A stretch of DNA of 64,000 bases from Myxococcota bacterium (GTDB lineage: Bacteria > Myxococcota_A > Polyangia > Nannocystales > Nannocystaceae): the NCBI GenBank assembly GCA_039028615.1, contig JBCCHT010000020.1, positions 1 through 64,000 on the forward strand, given 5' to 3'. Numbering within the stretch: the stretch's first letter is position 1; each line of letters starts with the position of its first letter. Shown here piece after piece: positions 1 through 9,561 of the stretch. The notes below the pieces were generated by a model, which did not search any database, was not told where the DNA came from, and saw only the letters and a program-made list of their open reading frames with translations. The position numbers and the translations under genes are program-made.

Positions 1-546
1 GGCCGTGTCGCGGAGTCGATCGATCGCCTCGGTCGCGGTCTGGACCGCAGTATTGAACCCGAAGGTGTAGTCGGTGGCGCCCAGGTCCTGGTCGATGGTC
101 TTGGGCACGCCGACGATGTTGAGGCCCTTTTCGAAGAAGCGTTGGGCGATGCGCATCGAGCCGTCGCCGCCCACGCTGACCAGCGCGTCGAGGCCCAGGG
201 TCTTGCAGTTGGCGATTACTTTGTCGGAGACGTCGGTCTCGACCTTCTCGCCATCCTTTTCGACCACGTAGCGAAAGGGATCGGAGCGATTGGAGGTGCC
301 GAGGATCGTGCCGCCCCGAGTGAGAATCTCCTCGACGTCGTCGGGGGTCAGCTCCCGGTTACCCCGCGGCGCGCGATAGTCGAGGTTGATGAGGCCCTCG
401 GTGGCGTCTTCGATCCCCAGGACCTTCCAGCCGCGCGCGTGGGCCTTGAGCACCACGGCACGAATGACCGCGTTGAGGCCGGGACAGTCGCCCCCGCCGG
501 TCATGATCCCGATACGCCCGATGGGTTGCGTGCTCACGTCGGCCAT
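1..546 (-). CDS. pfkA: ATP-dependent 6-phosphofructokinase, N-terminal part (runs off the window start)
   Basis: Manual translation from ATG at 546: IGIMTGGGDCPGLNAVIRAVV...RGGTILGTSN...VSVGGDGSM...VGVPKTIDQDL...FGFNTAV. These are PFK signatures; GGDGS indicates the ATP-dependent type. Confidence 0.93.
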   Translation of the reverse strand, partial: MADVSTQPIGRIGIMTGGGDCPGLNAVIRAVVLKAHARGWKVLGIEDATEGLINLDYRAPRGNRELTPDDVEEILTRGGTILGTSNRSDPFRYVVEKDGEKVETDVSDKVIANCKTLGLDALVSVGGDGSMRIAQRFFEKGLNIVGVPKTIDQDLGATDYTFGFNTAVQTATEAIDRLRDTA

Positions 547-633
547 GGTGGACCGCCCAGCGGCTGACGTCGAGCACCACCATGAACCCCGGGGGGATCC
601 CCCGATCGCCTCGTTTTCGGTAGCGTGGGGCGG

Positions 634-2157
634 ATGACCGCGGGCGTGATTGCAGCCGGGGACGCACGAACCGCCGAGGCCGGGGCCGAGATCCTGCGGG
701 CGGGGGGCAATGCCGTCGACGCCATCTGTGCTGCCTCGTGCATGGCGTTCGTGGCCGAGGCCCCGCTATGCGGTCCGGGCGGGAGCGGAGTGCTGCTCGC
801 GGGTGAAGCAGGACAGCTGCAGGTCCTCGACTTCTTTGCCGTCGTGCCCGGGCTCGGCCCGAAGACCCCAAAGCCCGTCGACTTCCACCACGTGGACATC
901 GACTTCGGGCCCACGACCCAGCGTTTTCACGTCGGGCGAGCCTCGGCCGCGGTCCCGGGCACGCTCTTCGGGCTGCTCGAGGCGCATCGGCGATACGGGC
1001 GGGTGCCCTGGACGACGCTGGTGCAGCCGGCCGCCGCCGCGGCACGTCGCGGGCTCGAGCCCAGCGACCAGCTCGTGTTCATCGTGGAGCTGCTGAGGCC
1101 GATCCTCGAGATGGGCGACGGCACGCGCGGGCTCTTCTTCGACGCTGAGGGTCGACCGCACTTTGCCAACCCGGCGCTGGCCGACCTGCTCGAAGCGCTG
1201 GCCCGCGAAGGCGAGCCGCTGCTGCGGGGACCCATCTGCCAGGCGCTGGTGCGGGAGTTCGGCCCCGAAAACGGCGGCCTGCTCACCACCGAAGATCTCG
1301 AGCGCTACGCCCCGGTGTGGCGGGAGCCGTTGCGGGTGGATCTGGGCGACCACGCGGTGCTCACGAACCCGCCGCCGTCCTCGGGTGGCTCACTGGTCGC
1401 GCTGGGCCTACGCCTCGCCGCGGAGCGTTCGTCCGTGCCCACGTGGTCGAGCCCCGAGCACGCCATCGAGCTCGCCGCGCTGCTGGCTGCGGTCGATCAC
1501 GGCAAGGCCAACGCCACCGAGGTGGGCCCGCTCGACGACGCCGTGCTCGCGACCGCCCGCGAGGTCTTCGCGGGTAAGCGCCGACCGGGCATCGGAGGCG
1601 GTCGTGAACTCGGCAGCACCACCCACATCAGCGTGCTCGATGCCGAGGGCCAGGTCGCCGCACTGACCATGAGCAACGGCGAAGGCTGCGGCTACTCGCT
1701 GCCGGCCTACGGCATGCACATCAACAACTTCCTCGGCGAGGAAGACATCAACCCGGCCGGCTTCCACCAGCAGACACCGGGCACCTGGATGACCACGATG
1801 ATGGCCCCCACCGCGGTGCTGCACCACGGCAAGCCCGCGCTGGTGCTGGGTACGGGGGGCTCCAACCGGATCCGCAGCGCCCTGCTGCTGACCTTGCTGC
1901 ACACGCTGACCTCCGAGCGTTCGCTCGAGCAGGCCGTGGTCGCCCCGCGCATGCACGTGGAAGGCTCGCAGCTGTGGTACGAGCGCTCCGGCCTGCCCGA
2001 GGCCAGCGAAGCCGCGCTGCGCGAAGCATGGCCCGGGGCCATCGACTTCGGCGAGCGCAACATGTTCTTCGGCGGCGTGCATGCCATCGACGGGCGCCAC
2101 GGCCTGGTCGGGGTCGGCGACGGTCGCCGCGGCGGCACCGTCATCGAGGTGCAGTAG
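634..2157 (+). CDS. ggt: gamma-glutamyltransferase family protein (Ntn hydrolase)
   Basis: AGAEILRAGGNAVDA, AVPGTLFGL, NPPPSSGG, catalytic Thr in GSTTHISVLD, LGTGGSNRIRSA, D-x-RRGG C-terminus. Confidence 0.9.
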   Translation: MTAGVIAAGDARTAEAGAEILRAGGNAVDAICAASCMAFVAEAPLCGPGGSGVLLAGEAGQLQVLDFFAVVPGLGPKTPKPVDFHHVDIDFGPTTQRFHVGRASAAVPGTLFGLLEAHRRYGRVPWTTLVQPAAAAARRGLEPSDQLVFIVELLRPILEMGDGTRGLFFDAEGRPHFANPALADLLEALAREGEPLLRGPICQALVREFGPENGGLLTTEDLERYAPVWREPLRVDLGDHAVLTNPPPSSGGSLVALGLRLAAERSSVPTWSSPEHAIELAALLAAVDHGKANATEVGPLDDAVLATAREVFAGKRRPGIGGGRELGSTTHISVLDAEGQVAALTMSNGEGCGYSLPAYGMHINNFLGEEDINPAGFHQQTPGTWMTTMMAPTAVLHHGKPALVLGTGGSNRIRSALLLTLLHTLTSERSLEQAVVAPRMHVEGSQLWYERSGLPEASEAALREAWPGAIDFGERNMFFGGVHAIDGRHGLVGVGDGRRGGTVIEVQ

Positions 2158-2166
2158 ACCCCCGAA

Positions 2167-2691
2167 TCACCTCGCCCACGGCAGCGGCTTGCCCTCCCAC
2201 GGCATGCCCATACCCGCCACCGAGGTCAGCTGGTGCTCCTTGAGCATCTTCGGCACGCGGTCGTAGTGGAAGGTCACCCCGAATCGATCGTCCGCCTTGG
2301 CCGCGGCCCGGATCACCCCGTCCTCGGTCGATTCCACGAAGCCCTCGAAGCCCTCGCGACCGCTGAGCTCGATGTAGTGCGCCGTCTCGTCGGTCGCGTT
2401 CCAAAATCCATGACTGACCCCGCGCGGCTTGATGACGTAGGACCCCGCCTTCGCCGTGAACCGGGTTCCGCCCTCGCCTCCGACCTCGAACTCCAGCTCG
2501 CCCGAGATCATGAACACGGCTTGATCTTCGTGCTCGTGGGTATGCGGCACCAACAGCTGGTGGCCTTTGACCTCCGCCTGCATCACCGAGAAGTCCCCAC
2601 CGAGGTCCTCCGAGCGGATCTTGATGGTCATGCTGTGGATGACCTGGCCCTGACCAGGATCCACCAATAGATGGCTATAGCCCTCGCTCAT
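2167..2691 (-). CDS. cupin domain protein
   Basis: Cupin motifs PHTHEHEDQ...ISGELEF and KPRGVSHGFWN. Confidence 0.85.
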   Translation of the reverse strand: MSEGYSHLLVDPGQGQVIHSMTIKIRSEDLGGDFSVMQAEVKGHQLLVPHTHEHEDQAVFMISGELEFEVGGEGGTRFTAKAGSYVIKPRGVSHGFWNATDETAHYIELSGREGFEGFVESTEDGVIRAAAKADDRFGVTFHYDRVPKMLKEHQLTSVAGMGMPWEGKPLPWAR

Positions 2692-2762
2692 CGCTGCTAC
2701 TCCCTGTTTTCAACCGGCGAACACTCGCCGAACGCACTCCCAAGCTAGGGCTACGGGCACGC

Positions 2763-2785
2763 GGCGACAAAGGACATTTGTCGCC
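2763..2785. promoter_or_regulatory. perfect 9-bp inverted repeat, candidate operator between divergent genes
   Basis: GGCGACAAA-GGACA-TTTGTCGCC in the intergenic region between the cupin gene and the RCC1-like gene. Confidence 0.4.
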
Positions 2786-2912
2786 AATTGTCCGCTCACT
2801 TCCCGTCAGCGAGGTGCGAACCGGGTGCCCGCGCATGGGTCCCGTCGTCGCGTCCCATGGGACACCCGGGCGCTCGACCCCGACAACTCCTTGCTTCCGC
2901 GCACCTGCGACC

Positions 2913-2928
2913 TGGCATGCGGCTTGAA
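2913..2928 (+). promoter_or_regulatory. possible sigma-54-type promoter (non-consensus -12)
   Basis: TGGCATG-CGGC-TTGAA keeps the GG-N10 spacing of TGGCACG-N4-TTGC but has GA at -12; it lies just upstream of ATG 2942. Confidence 0.3.
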
Positions 2929-2941
2929 CTACCGAGCGACC

Positions 2942-4087
2942 ATGCCGACGGCACGACCCCACGAACTTGGCCTCCTCCAAACCCTCGGATTGACCCTCGG
3001 CCTGGCGATGACCATCGCCAGCACGGCCGATGCTGCGCCCGTGATCGACATGGCAGTGGGCGGCGAGCACGAGTGCACCGTCAACGACTGCGGCAGCGTG
3101 CAGTGCTGGGGCGGCTACAACCAGTTCTTCGGCGAGGACGACGACATGCCCGGCTCCTTCGACGACGTCGCCGTCGGCACCGACCACACCTGCGGCCTCG
3201 AGAACCACGACGACGACCAGCCCGAGCTCGGCGGCGACGCGGTCTGCTGGGGGCGTGAGCCGGGAGACTTCGGCGATCCCGAGGACTGGAACCTGCTCGA
3301 GGTCCCGCCCGGCGACTACACGCAGATCGATGCCGGGCCCTTCCTCACCTGCGGGGTCAAAGCCAACGACCAGATCGAGTGCTGGGGCTGGGATACGGGC
3401 AACGCTGTCACCGAGACGCCGAACAACTACTACGCTCAGGTCAGCGCAGGCTATGGCTACGCGTGCGGGGTCACCAGCGGTCGTAGTGCCGTGTTCTGCT
3501 GGGGAGACGTCCCCGCGGGGCTCGAGGAAGTCTACATCCGCGACGTGCAGCGCTACGCCGACGAGAAGTGGACCAAGGTCAGCGCGGGCATCCACCATGT
3601 CTGCGCCCTGTCCGAGCGCTCCAACCTCGTCGGCGGCACCATCGGCCAGGTCTACTGCTGGGGCTCCAACGCCGCCGAGCAGGTCACCCCGCCGCATCCC
3701 AACCATCCCGAGTTCCCCGTCGCCACCGCCATCGAGGTCGAGTCCCAGAAGGGCGAAGGCATGGCCGAGGTCTGGCGCCACCCGTGGGACGGCGTCTCCG
3801 ACGTGTCCGCGGGCACCACCGCCACGTGCATCAACCACTACGACAATGGCGGCTGGCGCATCGAGTGCTGGGGCTACCCCTTCACCCCCTACGGCCTCGG
3901 CCTCACCACCTGGGGAAACCCCTCCCATCTCCCGCCGCTGCCCGCTGGCTTCACCCCCAGCCGCGTGTTCCTGGCCTTCCACCAGCTGTGCGCCACCGAT
4001 GATTCCACGGGCGATGTCGAGTGCTGGTCGCTGGACTTCCCGAACGACCTCGGGGTGGCGGATCCCGACGCCTACGTCTGCTTGTAG
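2942..4087 (+). CDS. secreted RCC1/BLIP-II-like beta-propeller repeat protein
   Basis: Signal peptide, then repeats of (V/I)xAGxxHxCx...VxCWG (AVGGEHECT..VQCWG; VAVGTDHTCG..VCWG; VSAGIHHVCA..VYCWGSN). Confidence 0.8.
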   Translation: MPTARPHELGLLQTLGLTLGLAMTIASTADAAPVIDMAVGGEHECTVNDCGSVQCWGGYNQFFGEDDDMPGSFDDVAVGTDHTCGLENHDDDQPELGGDAVCWGREPGDFGDPEDWNLLEVPPGDYTQIDAGPFLTCGVKANDQIECWGWDTGNAVTETPNNYYAQVSAGYGYACGVTSGRSAVFCWGDVPAGLEEVYIRDVQRYADEKWTKVSAGIHHVCALSERSNLVGGTIGQVYCWGSNAAEQVTPPHPNHPEFPVATAIEVESQKGEGMAEVWRHPWDGVSDVSAGTTATCINHYDNGGWRIECWGYPFTPYGLGLTTWGNPSHLPPLPAGFTPSRVFLAFHQLCATDDSTGDVECWSLDFPNDLGVADPDAYVCL

Positions 4088-4094
4088 GCCGCCT

Positions 4095-4595
4095 TCAGGG
4101 AGTGCGTCTACGTTCTTGCTCGGTGAGCAACCACTCCAAGTCGGCTTCGTCTTGCTTCGCTTTGAACGAACCGGGCGCCCGTTTTCCAGCCGAGGCCCGC
4201 TTGGCTGTAATGAGCTCGTCGAAGCCGAGCACCTGCACTTCGATACCCTCGATCGAGGCCGCGACTCGGCCTTCCCATGCCGCCGAGAAATCCACCCCAG
4301 AGATACGAGTCATGACGTCGATTCGATCTGGCTCGACCCCCATGTAGAAACCGACTCGGGGCTTGGACAATTCCTCGACGGAGACACCAAAGTACTCCAA
4401 TGAGGCGCCCGCGAACTCGCGGACCGAGGTCTCGAGGCGTTTCGCGTTGGCCTTCGTGGGCGCGACCAACACATCCAGATCGCCTGTCGCCCGCACCCGC
4501 CCGTGCGCGGCGAGGGCGTGAGCGCCCACGATCAGGAACTCAACGTCGGCCGCCGATAAGGCGGTCAGGAAGTCCCGAATGTCCTCGCTCGACAT
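4095..4595 (-). CDS. minimal nucleotidyltransferase-fold protein
   Basis: VEFLIVGAHALAAHGRVRATGDLDV (G-x-x-A ... T-x-D-x-D) and C-terminal LITAKRAS...KQDEADLE. Confidence 0.8.
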   Translation of the reverse strand: MSSEDIRDFLTALSAADVEFLIVGAHALAAHGRVRATGDLDVLVAPTKANAKRLETSVREFAGASLEYFGVSVEELSKPRVGFYMGVEPDRIDVMTRISGVDFSAAWEGRVAASIEGIEVQVLGFDELITAKRASAGKRAPGSFKAKQDEADLEWLLTEQERRRTP

Positions 4596-4767
4596 CGTTG
4601 GTGAGGAGTTTCGTCTCGAAGGCGCGTCGGCTCAATCGACGAAGAGCAGCGATGCGCTCGGTTGGAGTCATGACGCGGTACGCCGCGTCGTCGTCGGGAA
4701 AATCACCGGGGTCGTCGGCCCGGCCGCCGCGTCGGCGTCGGGCGAGTCTCTCGGAGATGGCGTCCAC
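4540..4767 (-). CDS. small hypothetical protein, putative partner of the nucleotidyltransferase
   Basis: 75-aa ORF overlapping the NTase start; MTPTERIAALRRL resembles small partners often found upstream of such NTases; start uncertain. Confidence 0.5.
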   Translation of the reverse strand: MDAISERLARRRRGGRADDPGDFPDDDAAYRVMTPTERIAALRRLSRRAFETKLLTNDVERGHSGLPDRLIGGRR

Positions 4768-4864
4768 ACCCAGAGCATAGCGCGTGTCACCGAGATCGGC
4801 AGCACGGCTCCGACCAAAGCCACCTCGAGTAGGGCCTGCCGTCGCGGGTGTTCATCTCAGTGGT

Positions 4865-5785
4865 ATGACGGGCGTGGGACGCCCGAGCGTGGTGGAGCAA
4901 CAACATCTGGCCGAAATCGTGCGCACGCTATTTCCGGGCGGCGAGTTGAAGCGTTGGGAGCCGTTGGCGGGTGGCGTGTCGGCGACGGTGATCGCTCTGG
5001 AGATCCGCACACAGACGAGCGACCTCGAGACGGTGGTGCTGCGCCAGCACGGCTCTTCGACATGGAAAGAACTCGAAGACGACGTGACCGCGGCGGAGTT
5101 CGGGGTGCTGACCGCCCTGCACCGCGCGGGGTTTCCCGTGCCGAAGCCGCTGCATCTCGACGGCTCCGGCTCGGTGCTGCCCTCCCCGTTTTTCGTGATG
5201 GAGCAGGTCGTGGGTACGACCGAGGTGCCCGAGCCACGACGCCCCGAGGCGGTGTGTCGCATGGCCGAGACCCTGGCGCAGCTGCACGGGCTCGAGACCT
5301 CGACGCTCTCGCTTCCCACTCTCCCGCCCCGCGTCGATCCCATCCCGGAGCTACTCCAGTACCTGCCCACATTTCTCGAGCTGCGGCGCGAGGAGATCGC
5401 CGCCCGGCAGTCCACCTACAAAGGCCCGACCGTGCTGCTCCACGGTGACTATTGGACCGGCAACCTGCTGTGGAGCGACGGCTCGATCGTGGCGGTCATC
5501 GACTGGGAAGACACCGCTGTCGGTGACCCGTGCTCGGAGCTGGCCCAGGCCCGCCTCGAGCTGCAATGGCGATGGGGCGAGGATGCGACGCGCCGCTTTA
5601 CCGAGCGCTATCTCGAAGCCTCGACGATCGACCTCGACCTCGCTCGGCTCCCGCTGTGGGAACTATACGTCGCGGCAACCGGCGACGCGTTCATGGAGCA
5701 CTGGGGCCTGGCCCCCGAGGTCGAGGCGAACATGCGAGCCGTGACGCAGGCCTTCATGCGCGACGCGGCAGCCCGCCTGCGCTAG
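4865..5785 (+). CDS. aminoglycoside/choline-kinase-like phosphotransferase (APH family)
   Basis: LAGGVS loop, FPVPKPL, LLHGDYWTGNLL, VIDWED. Confidence 0.88.
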   Translation: MTGVGRPSVVEQQHLAEIVRTLFPGGELKRWEPLAGGVSATVIALEIRTQTSDLETVVLRQHGSSTWKELEDDVTAAEFGVLTALHRAGFPVPKPLHLDGSGSVLPSPFFVMEQVVGTTEVPEPRRPEAVCRMAETLAQLHGLETSTLSLPTLPPRVDPIPELLQYLPTFLELRREEIAARQSTYKGPTVLLHGDYWTGNLLWSDGSIVAVIDWEDTAVGDPCSELAQARLELQWRWGEDATRRFTERYLEASTIDLDLARLPLWELYVAATGDAFMEHWGLAPEVEANMRAVTQAFMRDAAARLR

Positions 5786-7173
5786 CGCGCGGGCAGCCGG
5801 CCGCCCACGGCTCGCTCGAGCTCCGCCCAGGCGACCCAATAGTCTCGTAGCGCATGGGCCAGCTCGATCCTCGCCTCGACTACGCCGCCCTGGATCTCGA
5901 ACAACTCGTAGGCGCCGATGAGCATGGCGTTGTAGCGCTCGAGCGCCCGCGCCCCGACGCGGCGCCTTCGCGGGACGACGACGTCGCGCAAGTACTCGAC
6001 CCGCCGCCGAGCCGCGACGAGCTGCTCGCGGTGCATGCGAATGTGGGACCGAGCATCCACCGCGGTCTGCTGCAGCCGATGTTCCGCCGCCCGCAGCATC
6101 GCTCCCAGCCGAGCCAGGTCGGCGTGTCCGGGGTTGAAGATGGGGATCTCGATCGCCAGCGTCGGCCCGAGCACCCACTCGTGGCCGGCGTGGTCACCAA
6201 CCTCGTTGCGTGCTTCGATTCCAACCTCGATCTCGGGCACGATGCCCCGACGCCGCAGCTCGAGCGCGTACTGCATGGACTCGACGTCGAAGCGAGCCGC
6301 GGAGACGTCGAGCCGTCGCTGGACGCCCAACCCTTCGAGGCCGTCGAGCTCGACCCCCGGAGGTGCCAGCGAGGAGGAATCGGAGGCGAGGGTCCAGTCG
6401 ACCTGGGTGCCCCATAGCCCGAGCAAGCGATTGAGCTGCTCTCGTGTGGCCACGACCTCGAGCTGGTGCTCGGCCATCCCGAGCCGGGCTTCATCGAGTG
6501 CTGCCGCGACCTGCTCTCGTTGGAGATCGGTGAGGTTGCCGGCCTCGTGCTGACGCTGCGCGAGCTCATCGCTCACCTCGGCCGCCTGCACGAGCTTCAT
6601 GTGCAGATCCCGGGTGGAGCGAGCCGCCTGCGCCTCGGCATGGGCGACCCGCACGTCGCGAATCAGCGCGAGCGAAGCATCACCGACCCGCAGCACCGCG
6701 GCCTGAAGATTGGCTTTGGCCACCCGACGCTTGGCGGGGATCAAAAAGGCGCTGAGGATGCTCTGCGAGAGCCCCAAGTCGCCACCCGGGCTGGAGTTCA
6801 AGGTGGAGATTGCCACCCCGCCCGAGAACATGGGGTTTTTGAGCAGGCCGGCTTCGACGAGGTCGGCCTGTGCGACCCCGAGGCTCTCGAAGGTCGCGAG
6901 GAGTCCCCGGTTGTTGAGCAAGGCGATCTGCGTCGCTCGGCGCACGGTCAGCGGCTCGGCGAGCAGCTCGTCGACGCGCTCGGCCACCTGCTCGTGGCTC
7001 CACTCCTCGAGGTCACTGGTGACGACGTCGCTCGGGCCTCCCGCGCGGGCGATGACGTCGGCGACATCCTGGCGCGCTTCGGTGGGCTTGGTCGACGCGC
7101 ACCCACCACCAACCAGGGTGCCGAGCAGGGCCGCGATGCAGGTCCTTCGATGCATGGTGCTCGAGACGATCAC
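5782..7173 (-). CDS. TolC-family outer-membrane efflux lipoprotein (copper-resistance associated)
   Basis: Lipobox GGGC, ALLNNRGL, AQADLVEAGLLKNP, IPIFNPG, AELERAVGG C-terminus; in an operon with the multicopper oxidase. Confidence 0.88.
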   Translation of the reverse strand: MIVSSTMHRRTCIAALLGTLVGGGCASTKPTEARQDVADVIARAGGPSDVVTSDLEEWSHEQVAERVDELLAEPLTVRRATQIALLNNRGLLATFESLGVAQADLVEAGLLKNPMFSGGVAISTLNSSPGGDLGLSQSILSAFLIPAKRRVAKANLQAAVLRVGDASLALIRDVRVAHAEAQAARSTRDLHMKLVQAAEVSDELAQRQHEAGNLTDLQREQVAAALDEARLGMAEHQLEVVATREQLNRLLGLWGTQVDWTLASDSSSLAPPGVELDGLEGLGVQRRLDVSAARFDVESMQYALELRRRGIVPEIEVGIEARNEVGDHAGHEWVLGPTLAIEIPIFNPGHADLARLGAMLRAAEHRLQQTAVDARSHIRMHREQLVAARRRVEYLRDVVVPRRRRVGARALERYNAMLIGAYELFEIQGGVVEARIELAHALRDYWVAWAELERAVGGRLPAR

Positions 7174-7433
7174 TTGGAAGAGTGCCCCGCGTGGCCGCCA
7201 TGTCCGCCGTGGCCACCGTGTCCGGCGTGGCCACCCCCCGCGTCGAGCTTCACGCCCTCGAACGCCGAGCGCGACATCGGGTTTTGGGGCAGCTCGTACG
7301 CCGGGGTCGCGGCGTCGGGATTGGTCGCGTCCTGCTGGGGCGATTGCGAGGGCAACCCGCGGCTTCGACAGCCACCGAGCAAAGCCAGGCCGACAGCTCC
7401 GGCGAGCAACGCTGCGTCAAGTCTCGATGCCAT
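7170..7433 (-). CDS. small lipoprotein with His/Gly-rich tail
   Basis: Lipobox LLGGC; C-terminal GHAGHGGHGGHGGHAGH; overlaps the MCO stop and the TolC start. Confidence 0.75.
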   Translation of the reverse strand: MASRLDAALLAGAVGLALLGGCRSRGLPSQSPQQDATNPDAATPAYELPQNPMSRSAFEGVKLDAGGGHAGHGGHGGHGGHAGHSSK

Positions 7434-8748
7434 CGCGGGCGAGGTCCTCGGGGGTAGCGACGTCGGCCTGGGTGCCGGCGGGGATCTTGTACCACCCCGG
7501 GTCGTCGTAGCCATCGAGCTCGTCGCGGACCTTCAGGATGGTGAACATGCCCCCCATGGTGATGTAGTCGTGCGGTCCCTGACTGCCGACCATGGGGATG
7601 GAGTTGCCGGGCACGCGCATGCCCATGGTGGCCATGTCTCCCATGCCGTCTTGGCCCATGGTCATGTAACCCGGCACGACCTTGCGCGCCTTGGCGTCGA
7701 GCTTGCCCGGCTTGACCCCGATCATGTTGGGTAGCTCATGCCCCATCTGGTTCATGACGTGGTGAGACATGTGGCAGTGCATGGCCCAGTCGCCGGGGGC
7801 ATCGGCGATGAGCTCGACATCGCGAGTACTTCCGGTAGGCACGAGCACGGTGGTCTCGGGCCACTGCGCGGAGGGGGGAATCTGGCCGCCGTCGGTGGCC
7901 ACGATCTTGAAGTGGTACCCGTGCAGGTGGATCGAATGGTGATCCATCGCGCTGAGGTTGCCGAAGCGCATGCGCACCCGCTCGCCCGTCTTGGCCACCA
8001 GCGGCGGCGTGCCAGGATAGGCGTGGGCGTTCATGGTCAGGACGTTGAAGTCCGACATTTCGTTGGGGTCGGGGCGCTTGGTCCCCGGCTCCACCTTCCA
8101 CTCCCCGAGCATGATGACGAAATCGCGATCGACCTTGCGATCGGCGGCGAGCTTGCGCGGGTGCACGACGATCATGCCCATGAGGCCCATGGCCATCTGG
8201 GTCATCTCGTCGTGGTGCGAGTGGTACATGAACGTGCCGTGCTGGCGGAAGGTCCACTCGTACTTGAAGGTCTCGCCCATCGCGATGGCCTTCTGATTGA
8301 GCCCTCCGACCCCGTCCATGCCGTTGGGGAGGTAGATGCCGTGCCAGTGCACGGTGGTGGGCGCGGAGAGCTTGTTGGTCACGTAGACCCGCACCCGATC
8401 GCCTTCGACCGCCTCGATGGTGGGCCCGTGAACCTGGCCGTTGTAGCCCCAGCATCGCGCGGAGAGGCCAGGCGCGTACTCGTGGTCGACCTCTTCGGCG
8501 ACGAGGTGGAAGACCTTCACGCCGTCGACGATCTTGTACGAGAGGGTCGAGCCTCCGGGGGTGACCGTGGGGCGGTAGTCTCGACCGGGCTCACCGGGCC
8601 GTAGCGGCGGACGCTCGGGTCCACCGGAGTACGACCGCTCCCAGCGACGGCTCGCGGCCGAGGCCTCGCGGGAGCCCAGGGCCACCGCTCCCCCCGCAAC
8701 CGCCGCTCCCGCCACGAGAGCCCGACGAGAGAAGGTCTTGTCCGTCAT
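7417..8748 (-). CDS. Tat-exported multicopper oxidase
   Basis: Tat motif FSRRALV; Cu ligands VHWHG, YHSH, HSIHLHGYH, HCHMSHHVMNQM; Met-rich C-terminus. Confidence 0.93.
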   Translation of the reverse strand: MTDKTFSRRALVAGAAVAGGAVALGSREASAASRRWERSYSGGPERPPLRPGEPGRDYRPTVTPGGSTLSYKIVDGVKVFHLVAEEVDHEYAPGLSARCWGYNGQVHGPTIEAVEGDRVRVYVTNKLSAPTTVHWHGIYLPNGMDGVGGLNQKAIAMGETFKYEWTFRQHGTFMYHSHHDEMTQMAMGLMGMIVVHPRKLAADRKVDRDFVIMLGEWKVEPGTKRPDPNEMSDFNVLTMNAHAYPGTPPLVAKTGERVRMRFGNLSAMDHHSIHLHGYHFKIVATDGGQIPPSAQWPETTVLVPTGSTRDVELIADAPGDWAMHCHMSHHVMNQMGHELPNMIGVKPGKLDAKARKVVPGYMTMGQDGMGDMATMGMRVPGNSIPMVGSQGPHDYITMGGMFTILKVRDELDGYDDPGWYKIPAGTQADVATPEDLARDGIET

Positions 8749-8868
8749 CGAGTGCTCTTGTTGCATGTCCCGCTGGCGCCCGCAAACCATCCACGGCGGC
8801 ACCGACCCTTGCCCCATGCATAGGCACGAACTCGCCCCGCGTGACCCGGCCGCGCTATGGTCCGCGCC

Positions 8869-9561
8869 ATGATGCATCGGGTGATCTTGGGGGCGGTTGT
8901 GGCGCTAGCGTGCGCCTGCGGGGACGATTCGAGCACGGGGACCACCGATGCCGCCACGGGCTCCGCGGGCACGAACGGCGACGCCGGCTCCTCGGGCGCG
9001 CCCTCCAGCCCCACCAGTGGTGCGACCACCACGGCCAGCACGGGCGGAGACACGGGTACCGACCCGAGCACGGGCGCCGACGAGACCGCGGGCCAAGGCT
9101 CCACCAGCGGCGGCGTGGAGGAAGACCTCGACATGAGCCCCGAGGACTTCGTGTGCCTGCTCGACTGGGACCCGGTTCGGCGCTTCCGCATCACCAACCT
9201 GCTCGGGCACCTCGACGAGACCCTCGAGGTCGCCAACTCCCCCACGGGCGGTACCTACCCGGTCGGAACCGTGATCCAGCTGATCCCCAACGAGGCGATG
9301 GTCAAGCGTGGCGCCGGCTGGTCTCCCGAGACCAATGACTGGGAGTTCTTCTCGCTGCAGGCCTCCGCCGCGGGCACCGAGATCCTCGACCGCGGGGCGA
9401 CCAAGGTGGTCAACCAGTTCGGGGGCAACTGCTTCACCTGCCACGCCGACGCGGAGCCGCAGTGGGACTTCGTGTGCGAGCAGGACCACGGCTGCGTGCC
9501 GCTGCCCCTGAGCGCCGAGGCCATCGCGGCGCTGCAGGACAACGACCCCCGCTGCCCTTGA
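8869..9561 (+). CDS. lipoprotein with cytochrome P460-like mono-heme c domain
   Basis: Lipobox LACAC, Ser/Thr/Gly linker, YPVGTVI..MVKRG..DWEFF..CFTCH..WDFV; start could also be 8857 or 8872. Confidence 0.7.
   Translation: MMHRVILGAVVALACACGDDSSTGTTDAATGSAGTNGDAGSSGAPSSPTSGATTTASTGGDTGTDPSTGADETAGQGSTSGGVEEDLDMSPEDFVCLLDWDPVRRFRITNLLGHLDETLEVANSPTGGTYPVGTVIQLIPNEAMVKRGAGWSPETNDWEFFSLQASAAGTEILDRGATKVVNQFGGNCFTCHADAEPQWDFVCEQDHGCVPLPLSAEAIAALQDNDPRCP

Noticed and set aside
4085..4840. Possible direct repeats flanking the NTase cassette (GTAGGCCGCC / GTAGGGCCTGCC)
   Set aside because: Short, gapped and GC-rich; chance similarity is likely
4865..5785. APH-family gene as an antibiotic-resistance determinant
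   Set aside because: The motifs fit the broad APH/choline-kinase-like family common in myxobacteria; nothing indicates a specific resistance gene
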